Assembly: GCA_964348525.1 (NCBI GenBank)
Contig: CAYGCY010000001.1
Coordinates: forward strand, 21,873-85,872
DNA: 64,000 nucleotides
Direction: 5' to 3'
Source: an uncultured Candidatus Saccharibacteria bacterium
Lineage (GTDB): Bacteria > Patescibacteriota > Minisyncoccia > Phycocordibacterales > Zambryskibacteraceae
Of this stretch, positions 8,494 to 18,832 are shown piece after piece. The position numbers were made by a program, and so were the translations under genes. The first letter of the stretch is position 1, and each line of letters starts with the position of its first letter. The notes beneath the pieces were generated by a model. The model was not told the origin of the DNA. It did no database searches and saw nothing but the letters and a program-made list of their open reading frames with translations.

Positions 8494-9036
8494 ATGTCTC
8501 GCTATAAATCTAACCTAGTTCTAATATTGATAGTTCTCATTTTTTTTGTGGGGGCATTTTTGTCTGTAAGAAAAAATAAAGAAAACCAAAATTTTATAAT
8601 AGACTCATTTGATAAGTGTGTGACGGCTGGTTTTCCAGTGCAGGAATCTTTTCCTAGGAAATGTACCGATGGCATAGGGGCAGTATTTACAGAAGAAATA
8701 ATCGTAAAAGATTCAAAACAGAGCGAAGCGCTTAGAGTGTTTTATCCAACCCCATCAACAAGGGTTTCTACCCCAGTTTCTTTTTCTGGAGAAGCAAGGG
8801 GAATTTGGTTTAAAGAGAATACATTTAGCGTCGAAGTAAGAGATAAAGATGGCAAAACACTAGCGAAATCTAAAGTAGTCAGAGAAGAGGATGTCTATGT
8901 AGATAAATTAAATTATTTTGACGATCTTATCGCCATCCCAATGAACGTGTCTTCTCAGGAGCTTATGCTCGTATTCATAAATGGCAACATGAATGGGGAA
9001 GAGGTGGTAGTGCCCATTAATTATCTCAAGAAATAA
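8494..9036 (+). CDS. Membrane-anchored Gmad2 Ig-like domain protein (paralog of 6533-6961)
   Basis: N-terminal TM; GEARGIWFKENTFSVEVRDKDGKTLAKSKVV... parallels the first Gmad2 protein. Confidence 0.5.
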   Translation: MSRYKSNLVLILIVLIFFVGAFLSVRKNKENQNFIIDSFDKCVTAGFPVQESFPRKCTDGIGAVFTEEIIVKDSKQSEALRVFYPTPSTRVSTPVSFSGEARGIWFKENTFSVEVRDKDGKTLAKSKVVREEDVYVDKLNYFDDLIAIPMNVSSQELMLVFINGNMNGEEVVVPINYLKK

Positions 9037-9037
9037 A

Positions 9038-10204
9038 TTACAAAGTATCTTTGAGTCTGAGAGATAAAAATACTCCTATAAAAAGTATTCCCGCGAGGAC
9101 TACGAAAGAAGTGTATGGACCAAGAATATATATACTCGTTGCGCCTATCATTGGGGACACTAAATAGGAGACTGGTCTAGTAGCCCTGAATATCCCCACA
9201 GTACCAGTCTCTCTGCCTTTTATATGTTTGAAGAAATATGATTCTGTCGCTATTTCTACTGCGCTTGCCCCAGTTCTTGTCATAAATAGTGCTAATGCCC
9301 ATACCAATATAGAGCTTATGCTTATTACTGAAAGCATAGCGGTAGATATGGCTATTAGAAAAAAACCGATAGACATAATTTCTTTTTCACCAAACATTCT
9401 ATCTGCCAGCTCTCCTAAAGGTAGTTCAAAAAGGACAAATGGTAAAAGCATTACGGAGAATATGATACCTATCTCTGTCCAAGCGAACCCTATATTTTGA
9501 TGGAGATGTATGGGTACCCAGATAATCATCCACGCATAAAAAAATTGAAGTAAAAAATTTAAAAATATACCCATCCGCATGTCTTTGGTAACAGGCGCAT
9601 GATGAATGGGCAATAGGTGGTGGTCTGTCTTGTGACTAAAATGGGCTGGGATAGCAAGAAATAAAAAGAAAACAGAAAGCATATATATAAAGGCATACCC
9701 ATTTGATTCAAGTGCAAAACCCAAAAATAGTGGGGTTATCACAAAAGCCACGCTCCCTACTGTCAAAAATATTCCTCGTACTTCGCCAGTATTAGTTTCG
9801 TCTTTTATTTCTCTTTCAAGAATTATGTCTAGTACATAGAAAAGAAAAACAATAGCAGCTTGGTGCACGATGAATCCCAAGCCGACTAAGATTGGCGTCT
9901 CTGCGGACGACATTGTAGTTACTGCCAATATTTCAAGCACGGCTGTGGTTGTGAAGGCAGAGCGCAAGTTAATTTGCTTGAAAAAAGTTTCTGAAGACAA
10001 GAGTATTAATAGAGAAAGTATTGAACCCAAAGCGAAAAGTGTAGCCACTTCAAATTTGCCGAAAAAATTTTCAAGGTAGGAGGAATTTATATAAAGTATT
10101 AGGCAATAGTGAATTGCAGAAAAGAGCCCCGCCAAATATATGGGCAAAAATTTTCTGTTTCTTCCAATAAGACCTCCGTGGTGGAGTCTGCTTAAAACAC
10201 GCAT
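9038..10204 (-). CDS. MFS transporter
   Basis: ~12 TM helices, MFS-like organisation. Confidence 0.6.
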   Translation of the reverse strand: MRVLSRLHHGGLIGRNRKFLPIYLAGLFSAIHYCLILYINSSYLENFFGKFEVATLFALGSILSLLILLSSETFFKQINLRSAFTTTAVLEILAVTTMSSAETPILVGLGFIVHQAAIVFLFYVLDIILEREIKDETNTGEVRGIFLTVGSVAFVITPLFLGFALESNGYAFIYMLSVFFLFLAIPAHFSHKTDHHLLPIHHAPVTKDMRMGIFLNFLLQFFYAWMIIWVPIHLHQNIGFAWTEIGIIFSVMLLPFVLFELPLGELADRMFGEKEIMSIGFFLIAISTAMLSVISISSILVWALALFMTRTGASAVEIATESYFFKHIKGRETGTVGIFRATRPVSYLVSPMIGATSIYILGPYTSFVVLAGILFIGVFLSLRLKDTL

Positions 10205-10246
10205 ATACCAAGTGTACCAAAGGTTTTACCAATAAAGAGAGAATAT

Positions 10247-10308
10247 AAACCAGAAATGCCTCGTCACGGAGAGATAAACCTCGCTCCTAAACGAGGCATT
10301 TCTGGTTT
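10247..10308 (+). repeat. Hairpin element copy A (conserved loop CACGGAGAGATAAACCTCGCTCCTAA; 18-bp perfect stem)
   Basis: stem AAACCAGAAATGCCTCGT / ACGAGGCATTTCTGGTTT read directly; loop matches family consensus. Confidence 0.8.
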
Positions 10309-10325
10309 ATATTTATATTAAGACG

Positions 10326-10390
10326 AAAACTGAACTAGCCTGTCCGCGGAGCGCGGTATATCTCTCCAAAGGACAGGCTAGTTCAGTTTT
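10326..10390 (-). repeat. Hairpin element copy A' (opposite orientation; 20-bp perfect stem; loop GCGGAGCGCGGTATATCTCTCCAAA is the reverse complement of the core)
   Basis: stem AAAACTGAACTAGCCTGTCC / GGACAGGCTAGTTCAGTTTT; immediately downstream of rnj in transcript orientation. Confidence 0.8.
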
Positions 10391-10428
10391 CTAGAGGGGA
10401 GCTATGGGGATTTATCTGGTTGTCTTTA

Positions 10429-12339
10429 TTACACTCCAAGTGTTACAGGTATCACTATAGGAGTCTTGGCTGTTTTTTGGAATAAGAATTTTGATATATC
10501 TTCAGACACGGCATTTTTCACATAGTCGAAATTTATCGGATTCATTCCTTGAGTAGTTCCTTCTATGGAATGCCTGATAATCATGCGTGCCTGATTCAGA
10601 AGATCTTGAGACTCGCGCAGATACACAAACCCTCTGGAAATAATATCTGGTGATTTTTTTAATTTCCCTGTTTTTAGATTGATGGTGGCGACGATTACGA
10701 ATATTCCATCAGCAGCAAGGGCTTTTCTATCTCTCATTACCACTTCCTGTATGTCTCCTATGGAGAAGCCGTCTACTATCACATCTTCAGAAGGGGCCTT
10801 CTCTTTGAGTACTGTTATGCTTTTGCCCTCATCTCTTATTTCTATAATTGAACCATTGTCTGGTACCACGATATTTTCTTTAGGTGTGCCGTTTGATTCT
10901 GCGAGCTCTGCATGTTGTCTCAACATAAAGTGATTACCGTGAAGCGGAACAAAAAATCTGTGTTTTATTTGTTGCTGTATCCAGCGGAGTTCGTCTCGGT
11001 TGCCGTGCCCAGATGCATGAATGTCTGAATCTAGATAAGTGATTATTTTTGCTCCAGATCTGTACAAATTATCTTTCAATTTGGTAACTGCAAGATAATT
11101 TGTAGGAATAATAGACGAAGACAAAAGCACAGTGTCGGTTGGTTTTAGCTGGACCTGCTTGTGAGTTTTGTTTGCTATGCGCATAAGAGCAGCAAATTCT
11201 TCTCCTTGAGCGCCGGTAACGAGCATCACGATTCTATCTGGAGGGTAGTTGTCTATTTCCTCTATGCCAATAATGCTTTTTGTTTCTGTAAGCTTAAGGT
11301 GCCTGATGATTTCAAGGTTAGTTTTCATACTGCGTCCCTCCACTACTACTTTTTTGTTGTATTTTTCTGCAGCCGCAATAATGGCGATGATCCGCTCAAC
11401 TTGAGAAGCAAATGTGGCGATAATCATTCTTCCCGAAACCTCTTTGATGTATCTATCTATATTTTCTATAACCACTGATTCAGAAAGTGAAAACCCAGGT
11501 TTTTCTATAGAAGTAGAGTCCATGGTAAGAAGCAGGGCTTCCTTTCCTTTGAATTGCTTGTACTGCTCTACCTCTTCGTCTGTAGGAACTCCTTTTATGT
11601 TGTCTACACGCACATCTTCAATAAATATTATTTCTCCGTATGGAGTTTCTACAATGAGACCCATCGAATCGGGGATAGTGTGGGAAATAGGGAAGGTGCG
11701 TATTCTCAAAGATCCGCAAGAGATGGTTTCTTTTCCTTCTATTACCTTTATGTCGAGTTTTTGCAAATGAGGGAATTCTTCCTGTCTCTTTTCCACCATT
11801 ATTGCTCCGAATTGTCTTGTATATATAGGTGGGTAGCCTATGCGATCAATGATGTAGGGGATTCCGCCAATATGGTCTAAGTGCCCGTGAGTGATGAAGA
11901 GGGCTCGAATTTTTTCTTTTCTCTCTTCCAAATATCTTGTGTTAGGCAAAATGTAGTCTATGCCTGGAGTGTCCTGTTCTTTAAATTGAAATCCGGCATC
12001 CACCACAATGATGTCGTCTTTGTATTCAATGGCAGTCATATTTCTGCCTATTTCCTCCACTCCTCCAAGTGGGATGATACGTATTGCGTCTCCTATTTCA
12101 GGAATAGGTATTCTTTTTTCATCGATAGTTTGTCTTACAGAAAAACCTCCCGCGCCCGGTCCGGTTTTTCTCATTGGTCTTCTACCATTTCCTCTAAATG
12201 GGCGAGGACCGCCTCTTCCTCTTTTAGGTGCAGAGAAAGGCTTTCTGTCTCCAGATCTTTGAGGAGATGCATTTTGAGACGAGGAAAAAGATCTTCTAAA
12301 TGAAGAGTTTCTCGTTTCTCCTCCACTGTTTTGTTCCAT
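10429..12339 (-). CDS. rnj: Ribonuclease J (metallo-beta-lactamase/beta-CASP) with ~75-aa Arg/Gly/Ser-rich N-terminal extension
   Basis: HGHLDHIGG motif, beta-CASP region, RNase J C-terminal domain; disordered RG-rich N-terminus. Confidence 0.85.
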   Translation of the reverse strand: MEQNSGGETRNSSFRRSFSSSQNASPQRSGDRKPFSAPKRGRGGPRPFRGNGRRPMRKTGPGAGGFSVRQTIDEKRIPIPEIGDAIRIIPLGGVEEIGRNMTAIEYKDDIIVVDAGFQFKEQDTPGIDYILPNTRYLEERKEKIRALFITHGHLDHIGGIPYIIDRIGYPPIYTRQFGAIMVEKRQEEFPHLQKLDIKVIEGKETISCGSLRIRTFPISHTIPDSMGLIVETPYGEIIFIEDVRVDNIKGVPTDEEVEQYKQFKGKEALLLTMDSTSIEKPGFSLSESVVIENIDRYIKEVSGRMIIATFASQVERIIAIIAAAEKYNKKVVVEGRSMKTNLEIIRHLKLTETKSIIGIEEIDNYPPDRIVMLVTGAQGEEFAALMRIANKTHKQVQLKPTDTVLLSSSIIPTNYLAVTKLKDNLYRSGAKIITYLDSDIHASGHGNRDELRWIQQQIKHRFFVPLHGNHFMLRQHAELAESNGTPKENIVVPDNGSIIEIRDEGKSITVLKEKAPSEDVIVDGFSIGDIQEVVMRDRKALAADGIFVIVATINLKTGKLKKSPDIISRGFVYLRESQDLLNQARMIIRHSIEGTTQGMNPINFDYVKNAVSEDISKFLFQKTAKTPIVIPVTLGV

Positions 12340-12372
12340 ATTTAACTTTTATTACTTTTTATAAATCAGGCT

Positions 12373-14175
12373 TTATCGAACAAAGATTTTCCAAACAGAA
12401 TCGGTTTCTATAAACCAGTCTGATATATCCAAAAACCTTTCAGAGCCGTTATTTACGGTCTTTAGTTCTACTCTTTTTACTCTTTTAGAGATAGCGTAGA
12501 CATATTTCGGAGCATACAAGAACGTTGCCGGTATGTCGCTATCGAATTCTTTAATGAGCAAAGAAAGAGTTTCCTGTTGCTTCGTATTATCGGCGATTTT
12601 GCGTAGGCTGTCAAGAAGTTTGTCGGCTTTGCTGTTTGCATAAAGAGCCACATTAAGTCCGGGGTCAAAGCGCTCGGATGAATGCCAAAAAGGGAATAGG
12701 TCCATTTCTCTCCCTATTACTTCTCCAAACAAAAGTGAATCGTACTTTCTTTCTCTTATTATGTTTTGCTGTAAATCTCCGGCCTCGAATACTTCGACAG
12801 AAACCTCAACTCCAAGTTTTTCATAAGTGTTTTTTAAAATATTTGCGGCTGAAACCAAATCACTCGTGTCTGCTGTGGCTATAGAAAATTTTAGTGGTGT
12901 TGATACCGCTGTTTTTCCTTTGCCAGTAGTTTTTACTCTAAAGCCGTTCGTCGAGCTCGCTATTTTATACCCTGCCTTATCAAGAATTTCTCCAGCCTCT
13001 TTTAGCCCGTCTCCGGAAACAATGTTCTTTGAGCTAACATTTAGAATAGGCCCATAGATTGGAGCCCCAAAATTTTTCAAACTTTCAGAAACAATTTGCT
13101 CTCTGGGGGCTACCAAAGAAAGCGCCTTTCTTACATTTTTATCCGCCAAGATTTTGTTGTGGTTTTGATTAAAGAAAAGGGCAAAGATTCTTGGAAGAGT
13201 AGGAGACACGATATTAAAGCCTCTTTTTGATAAAGTCTCTGCATTTTCAGGGGCTATACCACCGAGAGAATCTATTTCTCCAGATATTAAAGATGACACC
13301 GCTTTGTTTTCATTGTTGTAAAACAAAACTTTTATGTTGGTAATGAAAGGTTCTCCTTTGACATATTCGTTAAAGGCTTTGAGACTAATTTCTGAAGGTA
13401 TTCCTCCTGAATCTCTTGAAACAGAGTTCACTATATATGGGCCCGCCCCTATAGCCTCGAGATTAAGACTGCTCCACTGAAATTCATCTGGCACAACCTT
13501 GCTCCAAATGTGTTTTGGCAAAATGCCTATCGTGAGATTTTCCAGAAAAGGTGCGTAGGGCTGTTTTAAGTGAAAATTTATTGAAAGATTGTCTATTTTT
13601 TCAATAGAAACCCCTTCCCAGTTTGCCCTTTTTGGGCTTTTTATCATTGGGTCTTTTATTTTTTCTATAGTGTAAATGACATCATCTGCAGTTAGTGGTT
13701 TGTTGTCATGAAAAATCAACCCCTCTTTCAAATGTACAAAATATGTCTTGCCGTCATCTGATACGTCTACAGATTTTGCCAAAAGATTTTCATATTCTCC
13801 TTGGGCGGTGGCTTTTACTAGCCCTGCATATACAAGAGCGGTTACATCTTTGTCAGCATCTGTAATAGCGAGCACTGGGTTTATAAATCTTGGAGTTCCA
13901 ACTATTCCTTCTGTTAGCGCGCCACCTTTTTTAGGAATTTCCACACTAAATCTGTTGTTTACTCCAAAAAGCATAAAAAACGCTGTGAGCACCATTATTC
14001 CGCTCAATATTGCAAAAATCATTTTCTCTGTGGCCGAGAAAAGTTTATAAGATCTTGCTATGTAATGGCTACCAGGCAAATGTATTTCTTTTTCAAAAAA
14101 TTTGAAATACTTTCCGTAATACCCGCTAAGGAGTTTTTCTAAAATTTTCTTTAAATGTTCAATCATAAGCCTCAA
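12373..14175 (-). CDS. ABC transporter substrate-binding protein, family 5 (Opp/Dpp-like), membrane-anchored
   Basis: N-terminal TM anchor; SBP_bac_5-like length and sequence pattern. Confidence 0.7.
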   Translation of the reverse strand: MRLMIEHLKKILEKLLSGYYGKYFKFFEKEIHLPGSHYIARSYKLFSATEKMIFAILSGIMVLTAFFMLFGVNNRFSVEIPKKGGALTEGIVGTPRFINPVLAITDADKDVTALVYAGLVKATAQGEYENLLAKSVDVSDDGKTYFVHLKEGLIFHDNKPLTADDVIYTIEKIKDPMIKSPKRANWEGVSIEKIDNLSINFHLKQPYAPFLENLTIGILPKHIWSKVVPDEFQWSSLNLEAIGAGPYIVNSVSRDSGGIPSEISLKAFNEYVKGEPFITNIKVLFYNNENKAVSSLISGEIDSLGGIAPENAETLSKRGFNIVSPTLPRIFALFFNQNHNKILADKNVRKALSLVAPREQIVSESLKNFGAPIYGPILNVSSKNIVSGDGLKEAGEILDKAGYKIASSTNGFRVKTTGKGKTAVSTPLKFSIATADTSDLVSAANILKNTYEKLGVEVSVEVFEAGDLQQNIIRERKYDSLLFGEVIGREMDLFPFWHSSERFDPGLNVALYANSKADKLLDSLRKIADNTKQQETLSLLIKEFDSDIPATFLYAPKYVYAISKRVKRVELKTVNNGSERFLDISDWFIETDSVWKIFVR

Positions 14176-14199
14176 AACGAGGTGTATTGTTATTCTAAC

Positions 14200-14424
14200 T
14201 TATTTCAAGAATAGGTCGGTCAGTATAGTCACAACAAAAAGAATGGCTACTACTATTGTGCCGACAAATATGGTTTTTTCTGCGCCACGTTTTTCATACT
14301 TTACTCCGCTGAAAGTGTCTTGACCGAATGCTGAACCAAGGCCTGCATCTGAACGCTGGAAAAGAACTCCTATTATGAGAAGTACCGCCAAACCTATTTG
14401 AATAAACGACAATATATTAGACAT
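14200..14424 (-). CDS. secG: Preprotein translocase subunit SecG
   Basis: 74 aa, two TM helices with the glycine-rich loop GLGSAFG typical of SecG. Confidence 0.75.
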   Translation of the reverse strand: MSNILSFIQIGLAVLLIIGVLFQRSDAGLGSAFGQDTFSGVKYEKRGAEKTIFVGTIVVAILFVVTILTDLFLK

Positions 14425-14454
14425 AGGGGATAGATTAGCATAAAGAAGGAAATA

Positions 14455-14520
14455 AAAAACAAAGTCCCACAGCTCGTCATGGAAAGATATACCTTGCCTC
14501 CAAATGAACTACAAGACTTT
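14455..14520 (+). repeat. Probable degenerate copy of the hairpin element (core TCATGGAAAGATATACCTTGCCTCCAAATG, ~22/29 matches; weak stem)
   Basis: similarity to family core read by eye. Confidence 0.3.
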
Positions 14521-14574
14521 AATGGCTCTGTAGAGCCATTTTAGGGTTTGATAAATTTATGAGCCAAATTATAC

Positions 14575-14603
14575 TTGACAGATATAGCATAGTATGCTAT
14601 CAT
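14575..14603 (+). promoter_or_regulatory. Sigma70-like promoter (TTGACA-17-TATCAT) with an internal palindrome ATAGCATAgtATGCTAT in the spacer, upstream of the GC-rich island gene
   Basis: hexamers and spacing read directly. Confidence 0.5.
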
Positions 14604-14679
14604 ATTAACAGCAGTACCGTGGGCATTCCGGCCCACACACATCACAGTTTTACGCCCTAGGGGGCGGAGGACAACAGCC

Positions 14680-15609
14680 ATGCCGTTCATCCAGAGTGTT
14701 GAGAATGTCGCGAAGGTGGAGAAGGCTTTCCTCGCCGTGTGCGAGGAGCTCTCCAAGGTGGTCGAGGAGTGCCGGACGATTCCGGACTTCCGCATCCACC
14801 GGCTCGTCGAGGTGCTTCTCTTGGTCGTTGGGCGCGCCTGCGCCTGGATCGAGAAGGAGCCCCTGAAGTCGAACCCCAAGCGCCTCGAGTACCTCGGTAT
14901 CGAGGTGACGCGCGCGAAGGATCGCCTCGTCGGCGCTCGCATCAACTTCCTGAGGAATCGGGATGAGACGCGGGAGCGGGTTGTGCATGAGATGAAGGCG
15001 ATGAAGCATTTCGCCTCGCTTCTCAATGCTCACCTCGCGGAAGCCGAGCAGGTCATCCTGTTCGACATTCCGGAGCTTGCGCCGTGCGCGGTGCAAGTCT
15101 CTCACGACATCGAGCTCAAGCTCGAGCGTGGGCAGAAGGTCACCGTGAACGAGGTGGTTGAAGCCTCGCAAAACGCCTCGACCCAGCTCAATGTCCTTCG
15201 GGACGCGGAGCGCTCGTTCTACGAGGACGAGGCTGTCCTCAACGACCTGCGGATGCGCATCAATGCGCTCCGTCGTGACGAGACGGTCTTCCGTCGCGTC
15301 GGGAACGGTCTCTTCCACCGCGCTGGCTTCCTTGCGAAGCTCGCAAAGCCGGGTAGCGGGGAGTCGCTCGCGCTTCTCCGCAAGACCTTCATCGTCCTTC
15401 TCAACCAGCTGGTTGAGGTGGAAGAGGAGGTTGCGGCGAAGGAAGCTTCCGCGCGTGTCGCGGAAGTGCTCACGCCCCCGCCCTCGAAGCGCCGGAAGCC
15501 CCGTCGCTACGTCGCGAAGGGCGAGAAGCGCACCGAGCCCAAGGAGAAGAAGGGCAAGAAGGAGAAGAAGGGCGAGAAGGGCAAGCGCAGGCTCGCCGTC
15601 GCCGCCTGA
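14680..15609 (+). CDS. Hypothetical alpha-helical protein (309 aa) with Lys-rich C-terminal tail, encoded in a ~60% GC island; ORFan
   Basis: GGAGGA SD 7 nt upstream of ATG, single long ORF spanning the whole GC-rich segment, intrinsic terminator 20 nt downstream; C-terminus KEKKGKKEKKGEKGKRR. Confidence 0.6.
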   Translation: MPFIQSVENVAKVEKAFLAVCEELSKVVEECRTIPDFRIHRLVEVLLLVVGRACAWIEKEPLKSNPKRLEYLGIEVTRAKDRLVGARINFLRNRDETRERVVHEMKAMKHFASLLNAHLAEAEQVILFDIPELAPCAVQVSHDIELKLERGQKVTVNEVVEASQNASTQLNVLRDAERSFYEDEAVLNDLRMRINALRRDETVFRRVGNGLFHRAGFLAKLAKPGSGESLALLRKTFIVLLNQLVEVEEEVAAKEASARVAEVLTPPPSKRRKPRRYVAKGEKRTEPKEKKGKKEKKGEKGKRRLAVAA

Positions 15610-15627
15610 AGCACAAGCTGTGAGACA

Positions 15628-15657
15628 ACGGCCATCCGAAACAGGATGGCCGTTTTC
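15628..15657 (+). terminator. Intrinsic terminator
   Basis: ACGGCCATCC-GAAACAG-GATGGCCGT hairpin followed by TTTT. Confidence 0.75.
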
Positions 15658-15724
15658 TATTGCGCATTGCGCACCTTTTTCAAATAACTATAATGTGCGC
15701 ACCTTATAAGTAGGAGATAACAAT

Positions 15725-16051
15725 ATGAAAAATAAAAAAACCAATAAAGCACCAGTTATCACCTCAAATATTTCACCACTAGGCGACAGGGTGCTTTTAA
15801 AGCCAATAGAAGAAAAAGTAATGAAAACTGAATCGGGCATTTATCTACCCGAAAATCTTAAAGATGAAAACCAAGGAAAATATGGGGAAGTGGTGGCAAT
15901 AGGCCCGGGAAGATTTGATGATGGGGAATTAATACCTATGCAAGTAAAAGTAGGACAGAAAGTTTTGTATTCGTGGGGCGACACTATAAAACACGACGAC
16001 GAAGAATTTATCCTTGTTCGAGAAGGCGAAATATTAGCAATTATTAAATAA
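15725..16051 (+). CDS. groES: Co-chaperonin GroES (with short N-terminal Lys-rich extension)
   Basis: ISPLGDRVLLKPIEEK...GEVVAIGPG...; directly upstream of groEL. Confidence 0.9.
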   Translation: MKNKKTNKAPVITSNISPLGDRVLLKPIEEKVMKTESGIYLPENLKDENQGKYGEVVAIGPGRFDDGELIPMQVKVGQKVLYSWGDTIKHDDEEFILVREGEILAIIK

Positions 16052-16084
16052 ATTTTATTCATTATTCCTAATTCACTATTCTAA

Positions 16085-17731
<1,647 letters not shown>

Positions 17732-17765
17732 AAAACAGGTCGCGACTAGTGTCGCGACCTGTTTT
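17732..17765. terminator. Bidirectional terminator between groEL and the convergent GC-rich ORF
   Basis: AAAACAGGTCGCGAC-TAGT-GTCGCGACCTGTTTT. Confidence 0.75.
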
Positions 17766-18174
17766 TCATGAGCCATTTTGGGAGCGGATCGCTTACGTTT
17801 GGAGAAAGCCCAGCCTTGAGCCACGCGCCCTTCATTCCAGAACGGCGGAAATGCTTGTATATAAGCGCACAGAGCTCTGGGTTGGTTCGCCTTACGAAAG
17901 CACAAGATGGAATTTTCCCGTGTTCAAGCGCGAGCAACTGCATTGATTCAACAATCTGCGCGAGGGCTCTTTTTTTCTTCGCCCTTCGTCTTTTCAGGAA
18001 TTTCTGTGCTCCTTTCTCCGAGAGTTTTTCCCTAGCCGCAGCCTTCTTGAAGTCTCGTTTCTTGTGCGGAGTGATGGCACTCGCTTGCCCCCACGAGGTT
18101 ATCTGTGGGTCGTTGATTGCGCGCAGTACTTCTTTGCGGTCAATCGAGTCCGCATTGCTGTCGTCTGTGCCCAT
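17746..18174 (-). CDS. Hypothetical basic protein (142 aa), GC-elevated (~55%) ORFan
   Basis: long ORF convergent on groEL sharing its terminator; Lys/Arg-rich; no recognisable domain. Confidence 0.4.
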   Translation of the reverse strand: MGTDDSNADSIDRKEVLRAINDPQITSWGQASAITPHKKRDFKKAAAREKLSEKGAQKFLKRRRAKKKRALAQIVESMQLLALEHGKIPSCAFVRRTNPELCALIYKHFRRSGMKGAWLKAGLSPNVSDPLPKWLMKNRSRH

Positions 18175-18243
18175 TGTGGCCCCATGTAAAGATCTCTCTT
18201 TTTAAATTTACTCTAATTTGTAAAAGAATCAACAAAGAGTAAA

Positions 18244-18828
18244 ATGTTGCTTATGGAAAACATAAAAGCATTTTTTAAATCAACCACAGGCATTGTGGTT
18301 ATTATTATCGTCATTCTGGGCTACGTGGGGCTTACTTACAATTCTCTAGTATCAAAGAATGAAGGGATAGACGGACAGTGGGCACAGGTAGAAACTCAAT
18401 ATCAGAGACGCCTCGACCTCATTCCTAATCTTGTCGCGTCTGTAAAAGGTGCTATGGCTCAGGAAGAAAAAGTTTTTGCAGACATTGCAGAAGCGCGTAC
18501 TAAGTACACAGGAGCAAAAACAGTGGACGACAAAATAAATGCAGCTAGCCAAGTAGAAACATCTCTAGGGAGACTCATAGTGGTTATGGAAAACTATCCA
18601 ACGCTTCTTTCTATTGGAACCGTGCAGACACTTATGAGCCAGCTTGAAGGTACTGAAAATAGAGTATCAGTAGAGAGAATAAGGTTTAATGACCAAATTC
18701 GCTCTTACAACACAAAGGTAAAAAGATTTCCTTCTTCGCTTGTCGCGGGGATATTTGGTTTTGACGCAAGGCCATACTTTGAGTCTGCCAAAGGAGCCGA
18801 AAACGCACCAGCAGTAAATTTAGAATAG
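18244..18828 (+). CDS. LemA family protein
   Basis: N-terminal TM then ...YNSLVSKNEGIDGQWAQVETQYQRRLDLIPNLVASVKG... LemA signature region. Confidence 0.8.
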   Translation: MLLMENIKAFFKSTTGIVVIIIVILGYVGLTYNSLVSKNEGIDGQWAQVETQYQRRLDLIPNLVASVKGAMAQEEKVFADIAEARTKYTGAKTVDDKINAASQVETSLGRLIVVMENYPTLLSIGTVQTLMSQLEGTENRVSVERIRFNDQIRSYNTKVKRFPSSLVAGIFGFDARPYFESAKGAENAPAVNLE

Positions 18829-18832
18829 AAAT

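Noticed and set aside
14650-15709. Antisense and off-frame ORFs inside the GC-rich island (14650-15318 minus, 14739-14966, 15158-15709, 15219-15473, 15470-15667)
   Set aside because: High GC suppresses stop codons in all frames. These are Arg/Ser/Pro-rich low-complexity translations. The single plus-strand ORF with SD and terminator explains the segment.
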